64,000 nt of DNA from Pecten maximus (taxonomy: Eukaryota), in the NCBI RefSeq assembly GCF_902652985.1, contig NC_047019.1:36766001-36830000 (forward strand). The letters are read 5' to 3'. Shown piece by piece: positions 14,400 through 24,380 of the stretch. A program made the position numbers and the translations under genes. Below the pieces are notes generated by a model. It searched no databases. It was given only the letters and a program-made list of their open reading frames with translations, and was not told where the DNA came from. Position 1 is the stretch's first letter, and the number at the start of each line of letters is the position of its first letter.

Positions 14400-15930
14400 T
14401 AGAGGCCCAGAGGGCATGAATCGCTGATCTAGGCATCTGAATGATTTATGTAATTTAAAATTTCCTTCAACCAGTAATGCTCGATACAATTTAACCAAAA
14501 CCGCTATCCGTACAGATTTAGAAAGACTTTAAAGAATCTATCTCTACTTACCTGATACGGCTCGCCTCTCCACCCGAATGAGACAAGCGGAGACAACTCT
14601 TCCGTTTGCTCATTATTGACTTTTAATTGATCAAAATCGATTTAGCTGCCCCAGAAGAAAAAAGATTTACATATGTTTCCCTACTTAGCCCCACCCGTCC
14701 ACCCCAGTGGAGTCAGACTATCTATTTATACAAATCGAGACGTCCTTGCCTTATGATGCTCCAGACAATGTCTGATCAAAATACATAAAGCTACTAAGAA
14801 GGGCATTGATTAACCTCCTTTACCCTTACTGGACCCAACCAATCTGCACCTAAGGGACCCACATTCTCCATAATCAAATCACTTTTATCTATACAGACGA
14901 AAATATGTTTAGGTGCGCCCCTCAGTCTTATTTTGCCCTGGAAAGTCATACTCTCCATAAAGTACAGCAATGAGTCTATTTCACCAAATATAGCAGCACC
15001 ATATCAACTTTGATCAAAATCCGATCGGCCATTAAGGACTAGTAATGAGTTAAGGGAAATACTGATAGACGCAGGACGGACATGGAAGGAGTTCACCACG
15101 CTCTTGGGCCAAGTGAGTCGAAAGGTGGTCGTAATGCAGAAAAGAAACCATACTCTATCGCTTCATTTTCTGTATCGATTTCATAAGGACAAGATTCCAA
15201 GAGGGCTTGTATCACTCACCTGAATATCTATGTGACCCTATTTTGAATAACAGGTGTATTTCAAATATTTCTCCTTTTTTGGATCCACCTCTCAGTACCT
15301 TGTATGGGACTCAACGCGTTCTGTATCTAACTTTCTGGTTCAAAGATGATTTGAAATAAATTCACCTGAAGAAAGCTCTATTTTAATAACCAATTTTCAA
15401 TTTCTCTATTGGATTGCTTCTCATTCGAACCGGATGGGAGGTAATTAAGACAATATTCAGTTCCATTCGCTGACCTTTGATCAATATCTTATGATCTAAA
15501 TAGAGTAAATATATAAGAAAAATGTCCACTATTTCAAATCTTGGTCCACTTCTCCTCAATTCCCTATGGAGCTAAACCTTCAATCGGTATGATATTGAGT
15601 CTCTTTTTAAACAAATAAATGACGCACCTGAAAAATCAGTATCATTCCGGCTAGACAGAATAAGGACCTTACACTGTACCCCTTACTTCTCATTGGATAC
15701 ACAGGAAAACTATTAAAAAAAAGTTCTTAAAGAAGGATTCAAAGTCATTGACTTGGGTTCCACTCTATTTTCACCAAAACAAATCTGTCCTTCCAGTAGA
15801 TAATGAATGATTTTGAAGAATTTTCTTTTTTTCCTCTTATGACAAAACGTTTAAATTCGCTCAATCGTCGTTGATAGAAAAATGTTGATGGACGGACTCC
15901 GGGCGATATCACATGACCAGGCGAACTTAG
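14400..15930 (-). mobile_element. Two decayed Helentron-type elements in reverse orientation
   Basis: Hairpin/subterminal remnants agaggcccagagggc (14401) and aagagggcttgtatcactcacctg (~15200). ggacggac microsatellite remnants and gtgag-type termini near 15075-15120 and 15890-15930. Confidence 0.4.
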
Positions 15931-16218
15931 AAAATAGTAATTTCAAGCAAAATGGCGTAAACCACACAGACTGACAGACGCATCATGACCTCAGATTGGT
16001 CTTAATTACTATAATAATGTATGCAGATTTTTCCTTTGTTTTATTCTTAAAAAAATGATTCTCATGTTTTAAATTGCTTTATTACGAAGAACAAGTGTAG
16101 ATAAAATCCATGTGCTATAAATGAAATGTTGATACAGATGTATAATAATTACATGGAGTCAACCATTGTAACATTATGTAAAGGTATAGGAAAAATGATA
16201 TTCCTTCATCCCATATGT

Positions 16219-19200
16219 TTATGATTTCATTGCAAGGTACAGGAAGAGGAAATAGGTGGCGCCATCTATGAAGGTCCTAAACATATGACGATAGTTCCAT
16301 CTGTCTATGGCACCACGGACCCACATCTCACCTGGAAATTAAATGTACACATAGACTAAACTATTGCATTATCATCTTTTTCGAGTTTTCTGTTGCAGCT
16401 TAAATTGTAGTAAGGTTTGTATACCGAATTTATGATAAGTATAAGTGGAATAGATAAAACAACCATATACACACATGTATTAAAAGTGCCATTTTAACTT
16501 TTACATTTACTTGCCTTGTATCCCAATGAAATTTGTTTCAGTGTATTTCCTTAACGAATGCATTGTTTTTGCTAATTATTATTATTTAGGTGGACTGAAA
16601 TATTTCAGAAATGATTATCTGAATTTTGATGTTGCTAGGTTTTAATTATGCATCTGTAATATGAAAACTGTATTGAAAAGAAATGTTATTATTATCGATT
16701 TGTTTCAGAACTTTATCATTTTATGCAGTATTTGTAATTTTTTCTAATTTCGGAAATTCTGCACCATTTAAATCAACATTCATGACAATCAGAGAAAATA
16801 AGGATGTTAATTACAACGCATTCTATCATATTCTCACTTAAAAGCGGCGGAAACACAGGTTAAAACGCATTGTAAGTTCTTGTCGAAACATTATAAATAT
16901 AATATCTTAGACCACGCTAGAAATGAATTTCCACTTTGGTGCTGAAACTTGTCCTAAATGGACGAAATGGTCAAGACCGTCGTAAATAATTTCCCAATTT
17001 CTGTCTATAGTGATATTATGCCTACGATAGAAACGTACAGATATCGTATGACATAGTAAACTAATGATGTTTATTGTTACCTTTCTTTCCGACTACTCCC
17101 TTGTCCAAGAGGATGTTGATCTCTGGTAGCATCATTACCACTGTAAAGATACCTCCGAGTACGAACTGGACCGGCCCCACCAGCCAGTAGTACTTATACT
17201 CCGACTCGTCCAGGAAGAACAGGGCAGTCGAGCAGCCTGCACCTATCGTCCCGATTGACGGCTGTGCACATGGAAAATATAAAAAGGTGAAAAAAAAACA
17301 AATCAGTGGTGCCATAAGGAGGATTAAATAGAAAGTAACATAATTCTGCATCTAGAAAGGGTGTGTTTTAATGTTAAAAACAAAAATGTTTCCATTATTT
17401 CATTTTCGTAAAAGATCTAACATCAGACCCAGATTAGTTTGAACAATAAAAGCAAGAATGCAGTGATGTTAGAATGAATGTTCATGTCATATATAGTATA
17501 TATAAGAAAGCTAAGCCCCTGTACACAGAAGTAGTGAAATCATGTTCACAGCACAACACCTGTGAAATTTACTTCTCAACGTCGACTAAGACCTTCAAAT
17601 AAAATGTCACCAAGAGTAAGACATCAGCGGGCGACGTCAGACAACCATTTTAAAAATACAATACCGCTTTCATTGACCAGGCAACACAGGTTTGGGAAGA
17701 AAGGTAAGAAAGGTATGAAAGGAAGAGGCAATTATGTAAAACAATAAGAAAATTCAAATATTTTACCTAAAAGTTATCAATATATCATGCAAAATTTTAA
17801 ACAATGGTGGTATTAACATTTTCAAGAAAGGGTTGAAATTTTGCTCAACACCAAATTTAGTAGTAAATAATTAAAATGTGACATTGCGTAATTTTGTAGA
17901 AAATTGCGTTTAAATGAAAGATTTTCTTAATAGTGAATATATTTCTTTGTTAGGCCCTAATGATCTCAAATTTATACCCATTGTTTGAGGACCACAAAGC
18001 GGACTACAACGCTTGAGCCATTTTTTATATGATTTTAAAACCACTATGCTCGTCTGTGGAAAGTACGTTACTTTAGTGTTAGGATAACCAGAAGAAATGC
18101 TTCTTGAAAGTACCATTCAGAATGATAAGAATTTGCTGATTTTTTAGCGAATTTTTTTTGCAGATTTTTGGATGTGTGCTTTTTAATATGGCCTCCTGAT
18201 AAGAACTTCACAATGAATTAAATAGCTTATATCCAGATATCAAATACATTTTTGAGTCAATTGAGAATGCATTGCCATTTTTGAATGTTTTAGAAGAAAT
18301 GAAAGACAACATTATTCTAGTCATCTATATTGTAAACTAACAGATTCTCACAGTTAATTAGATTTTTATTCTAGTCATCCAAAGAATACAACAATTAATG
18401 TGCCATTTAACCTCGGTTCTAGATTCGTTACTAAGTGATGATAACAAGTAAGATGAACGGCTTTGTGATTAAGATGTATTTTTATTTGAGAGAAAAAAAC
18501 AGCATTACCCTACTGATATGATTTTGAATAAGAAATTTAAGGAAAAGGGACCTTTTACATCCCTTGTCGCAAGCCAACAGAAAACAGAAACTTTACCCTT
18601 TGTTTCTACAAACAATCCAAACAATTTTGATATTTTTCCCGGTCATTAGAATTTGTGAGATCAACAATATCTCTTGTAATGACCATGTCGTCACAAATAA
18701 AACCTTTCATATCACATGAAGAGCTTGTTCTGAAAGCAAGTGAAAGCGCTAGTGATTCATGGTTTGTGTTTCTTATTATCATTATATATGCATGTTTATA
18801 TATATAATTGTGTGTACTAAGTCCAGTCTAATTCGCAGAGTTACAGATATACCGAAATGAGATGATACTTAAATGTCAATTAATATGAACATATATTTTA
18901 AGATAAACAATTACGAAATAACATACATGGGTAAACAGAGACCTGTACGACGCACATATGTACATTCAAAGAGGAGTAACAGTGCCGATATCTATCGAGT
19001 AAACTATTTAGTTCCTGGAAAAATTGAACGCATTTCCGGGAATGTTACGACGGAATAGTTAGAATCCTGAAGTGTCATTATTAACATAAACCCGGGAAAA
19101 CCTGATTGGTGGTAACCGAGTTATTTTTAGCGATACTAAATCCCCAGCGATAAACTTTCAGTTCCTGTTATAGATACATACACATATACAATAGTCTTTT

Positions 19201-20567
19201 CCATGTGAAAAAAATATCCCCTAAATCTTATCTGACGTGTACATGGAGCCAGAAACACGCCACTTCCACATGAATATTTTCCCAGAATTTCAACTAAAGT
19301 TTTGTTGGATCAATTAAGATATATCTTTTCCTATTTCGATATTTATATCAGTTTGAACAATACATATCATGTATCTTAAAGTATATGATAAAGGCGTACA
19401 TATTTACACTTTAACACTTGTAATTGATGATCCATTTTAAACAATTTTATGAAATAAATACCTTTAAATTCAAGACAATAAAATTATGTTTTTATCAGTG
19501 AATCCATTATAAGGAACAGTTTATATAAAATCATATTATGTTCGTGTGGTTTATTACTTTTTCTACAACATAAGCCTGGATACATAACTGAATTCATTCT
19601 ATTCTATCTGTTACTTGTTACCCAAGTTAAAAATGGATGGAAATATCTGGCAATATACTTTCTTTATTATTTTTACCTGATGACAATTTTAGTAAATAAA
19701 CTATATGTACATTTCCCAAAATGATTCCAATAGAAATTAGGTTTGGATACATAGTTACCATTTAATCTAGTGTGACATAACTAGTAAACAGATAAATCAT
19801 AAGCGTTGTGCGTGGTCAGTTATCCTGATTTTTGCTGAATTCTCCCTATATTCGCTTACAGTGAAATAATAGGAATCAAAACTGCATGCTGTATGCATAA
19901 CATAATCTAGATCATCGTTTTAATTATCATGCATCACCAAATTTCCGTAATTTTCTTTTGAGGTGAACAACTAGGTTCTCGGAAGTAATTACTAATACTA
20001 AACGCGTACATCATTTAAATGATAATGATTTTCATATATATGACGTTTGCTTTATATCTATAAAATATTACAGGATGACTTAAGCAAGTCTATGATATAC
20101 CCGTACTGCACGCTATGTAACGACTACATTATCTGGAAAACCGATATGTGCCGACATGTTGATTCGCTCGACCTGTTTTAGTAAATCCAATCCCTGACTT
20201 TTTGTTTTGTTAACGTGGCTAGCAAATATATACGTACACAACACTATGTGTTACAGATGGTTACTGCAGCTCTATAGAACCAAATATATGTAAACATGAT
20301 GATCAGCCTTTACAATGTTAATGGTCGTTGAACATGTAATTGCACTCTACAGCGTTTTATGTTCGTGTGTATTATGCGACTCGTTCGCCTCCTTACCAGG
20401 AATATCTTAGCGGTATTGAAGCTGTTGGCCCATTGCTGCCTCTGAGCCTCCACTGGAAGTGTTCGCCGACTGTGATGCTCCACCGCATTAATGTATAATG
20501 CGCCACCCGAAAACAACCCCATTGCGGCTGCTGCACCATACTTTAGACCTTCGATTAAGGTGAACAT
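16219..20567 (-). CDS. DUF1772 / anthrone-oxygenase-like membrane protein, paralog B; 3 exons, 154 aa
   Basis: Exons 20567-20397 (171 nt), 17261-17081 (181 nt), 16331-16219 (113 nt), with the same exon sizes and phases as paralog A. Protein MFTLIEGLKYGAAAAMGLFSGGALYINAVEHHSRRTLPVEAQRQQWANSFNTAKIFLPSIGTIGAGCSTALFFLDESEYKYYWLVGPVQFVLGGIFTVVMMLPEINILLDKGVVGKKGEMWVRGAIDRWNYRHMFRTFIDGATYFLFLYLAMKS. Many differences fall at third codon positions. Confidence 0.85.
17560..18760 (+). mobile_element. Decayed Penelope-like retroelement (RT remnant) in intron 1 of paralog B
   Basis: Frameshifted, stop-broken Penelope-type motifs in the expected order: KVINISCK..KKGLKFCSTP (17770-17853), YVTLVLG*PEE (~18064), RFLDVCF (~18163), FHNELNSLYPDIKY, LPFLNVL (18272), YCKLTDSHS*LDFYSSHP..NVPFN, LPFVSTNNPN (~18595). 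Confidence 0.8.
18711..18756 (+). ncRNA. Minimal hammerhead ribozyme motif of Penelope type, probably inactivated
   Basis: atcac | ATGAAGA | gcttgtt-ctgaa-agcaagt | GAAA | gcgc | TA | gtgat. Stem I is atcac/gtgat, stem II is 7 bp, and stem III is the palindrome AGCGCT. Core position 3 is A instead of C. Confidence 0.6.
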
Positions 20568-20889
20568 CGTTAAACTTCTTGATACGTTCTGCTAATTTAT
20601 AATGAATTCCTCATATATTGGCCTACGTGAGAAAACACCTCTGAAGTAGACAGACCGGATTTCACAGGAGTGCGTCAATAGGGGCAAGGTATAGACAGCA
20701 TTTACCGTATGTAGGTCATTCACAAAATAGTTCTTTCACCGCCGACGGAATCTGCTGCACAAAATAAACACTCAGATTACTTTTAAAATATGTGATTCGT
20801 GAGTTATAAATAAGGACAAGATGATGGCTCTTATCGTGCGCGTACTGTGTAATCTCAATCTGTCATAATCATACCTCGTGTTTGCTCAT

Positions 20890-23170
20890 ATATGACAATG
20901 TCGCCCCTCATGTTTGCCCTTACATGCCAATGTCGTCCCTCATGGTTGACCTTTACTAACATTGCAATCTTTCCTCACAGTTGACCTTTTGTGGTAATAT
21001 CATCCCTGATGACTGACCATATATGGCATTGCACTAATGGATAATTTTACAGTTCAATGTCACCACTGACGGTTGATTTAAAATTGAAGTGTCACCACCC
21101 ATGGTTTTCTTAATATGGAAGTCATCACTCATTATTGACCATGCATGGTAATGTCATCACTCATTATTGACCTTACATGGTAATGTCATCACTCACTTTT
21201 GATCTTACATGGTAATGTCATCACCCACTATTGACCTTACATGGTAATGTCATCACTCACTATTAACCTTACATGGTAATGTCATCACTCACTTTTGATC
21301 TTACATGGTAATGTCATCACCCACTATTGACCTTACATGGTAATGTCATCACTCACTATTGACCTTACATGGTAATGTCATCACCCACTATTGACCTTAT
21401 ATGGTAATGTCATCACTCATTATTAACCTTACATGGTAATGTCATCACTCACTATTGACCTTACATGGTAATGTCATCACTCATTATTGATCTTGTTAAA
21501 TTGTAATGTCATCACTCACTATTGACCTTACATGGTAATGTCATCACTCACTATTGACCTTACATGGTAATGTCATCACTCATTATTGATCTTGTTAAAT
21601 TGTAATGTCATCACTCACTATTGACCTTACATGGTAATGTCATCACTCACTATTGACCTTACATGGTAATGTCATCACTCACTATTGATCTTGTTAAATT
21701 GTAATGTCATCACTCACTATTGACCTTACATGGTAATGTCATCACTCACTATTGACCTTACATGGTAATGTCATCACCCACTATTGACCTTATATGGTAA
21801 TGTCATCACTCATTATTGACCTTACATGGTAATGTCATCACTCACTATTAACCTTACATGGTAATGTCATCACTCACTATTGACCTTACATGGTAATGTC
21901 ATCACTCACTTTTGATCTTACATGGTAATGTCATCACCCACTATCGACCTTACATAGTAATGTCATCACTCACTATTGACCTTACATGGTAATGTCTTCA
22001 CTCATTATTGACCTTACATGGTAATGTCATCACTCACTATTGACCTTACATGGTAATGTCATCACTCACTATTGACCTTACATGGTAGTGTCATCACTCA
22101 CTATTGACCTTACATGGTAATGTCATCACTCACTATTGACCTTGTTACATGGTGATATCATCACTCACTATTGATCTTTTTACATGGTAATGTCATCACT
22201 CACTATTGGTATTGTTACATGGTAATGTCATCACTCACTATTGACCTTACATAGCAGTGTCATCTCTCACGGTTGACCTTACATGGCAGTGTCCCAACTC
22301 ATGATTGAACCTTCATGGTTGTGTCACCACTCACGATTGATTTTACATGGTAGTTTCACCACTCATGGTTGACCTTGCATTGTAGTAAAACCACGCATGG
22401 TTGATTTTATATGTTAGTGTCCCACTCATGGTCGGCCTTACATATATAGTATTTATAGCAAACTCGATTGACTTTACATGGTAATGTTACCTCTCACGGT
22501 TGACCTGACATGGTAGTGTCCCCGCTCACGATTGACTTTACATGGTAGTGTCCCCATCCACGATTGACCTTACATGGTAGTGTAACGATATTGCATGGTA
22601 CTGTCATCACTCTCGGTTGGTTTCTCACGGTAGTGTCATCATTTATTATTGACTTTACATGGTAGTGTAATCGATGTTTGTTGACTGTACATAGTTTCAC
22701 TGCTCACGGTTGACCTAACATGGAAGTGACATTTTATGAGGTTGATTTTACGTGGTAATGTCACCACTCACGGTTGACCTTACATGGGAGTAACACTTTA
22801 TGGGGTTGATTTTACATGGTAATGTCACCACTCACGGTTTGCCTTACATGGGAGTAACACTTTTTTAGGTTGATTTTACGTGGTAATGTCACCACTCACG
22901 GTTTGCCTTACATGGAAGTAACACTTTTTTAGGTTGATTTTACGTGGTAATGTCACCACTCACGGTTGACCTTACATGGGAGTAACACTTTATGGGGTTG
23001 ATTTTACGTGGTAATGTCACCACTCACGGTTGACCTTACATGGAAGTAACACTTGATGAGGTTGATTTTACGTGGTAATGTCACCACTCACGGTTGACCT
23101 TACATGGGAGTAACACTTTTTTAGGTTGATTTTACATGGTAGTGTCCCCATTCATGGTCGACCTTACATA
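20890..23170. repeat. 32-bp minisatellite array with degenerate flanks and a ~63-bp higher-order dimer block
   Basis: Unit acatggtaatgtcatcactcactattgacctt, homogeneous over ~21130-22260 (~35 copies). Two variants alternate over ~22720-23160. Confidence 0.95.
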
Positions 23171-24380
23171 CTGTTTTCAACTTATGGTAAGAATCACACT
23201 TCTTATTATCTTCACAAGCTGCGTGTGTGTATATAAATGTGCTATTGTGTTTCGTAGCATTTTGCCAAGTAAGGTAACAGAAATGATTCTATAAGGTTTT
23301 AAAAATCGTTGCTAAACTGTGATTGGCCCAATCACAACTGGGCCCAGGCTGTCATTATTAACGTCAAAATATCGGAATACTACATTGATACTAATGGTGG
23401 CGCTCTGCATATTATAACAGCTCGACGTCACTTTTGTATATCCCGTGATATCGTCACAATCCCCCATTTGTCGCATAAACACAATGAATATTCGTTAATG
23501 TATGCAGGTGCGATATAATGATATAGAATTAGCGTCGTGTAGGATAGTTATGTACTAACAGAGATAATTCTCAAGCTCCGACATCCCCCAGAATACACAG
23601 ATGTGTTCTGTATGCATATATCTCCGGGATATTGAGAATATGCATCAACCTTCTATCAAACCAAAAATATTAAAATGTATACGGAGAAGTCACATTATCG
23701 TGAGCAACCCTGCATACAGAGGGATGAGCTATAATCTTCTTTATGGCTATTCGCGGAATGTGCCGACCTTTGTCAACAAATTGGATTAACAAACAACAAA
23801 GAATACCGACATAATAGCAAAATTATAATTCCAAAACAATGTTGATAAAACGAGTGAAAAATATGAACACAAATATTGATTGGCATGGAAACTCTTTAAA
23901 GAGTACAAGGGATAATAAGACCAGGTGCTCAGAAAATGTAAGCGTCTTGTGTGTTATCGACGATATCCACTCTACAAATCTAGGCCAAGTCCGGGTTACG
24001 TCACATTCTCAAAATGAGATTTAGGGAGGTGTAATATTATAGCTTATTAGTTGACTATTGCATTTGAGAACATAGATGTCAACAAATACGTTTTTGTTTT
24101 ATATTTACATCTCTCCCTTCTTCAGCTTAGAGAACTCTGACTGCGAATAAATTAGCGTATACGCAGTGAAAAAAACTCAGCGGATTAATCAGCGCGGAAA
24201 TTTGTAACATAATCATGACATCGTGTCTTTGTGACGTTGCTGGAACGTCAAAAAGACAGCGCCATTTTAAAAGGACTTATCAACGCAATTTTAGTGTTTT
24301 CCTGTTACCCGACGATCTCTGTAAAAACAATCTAACGTTAACTGAGTATTGTGTAAAAAATCTAAGTGAATATTGCCGAA

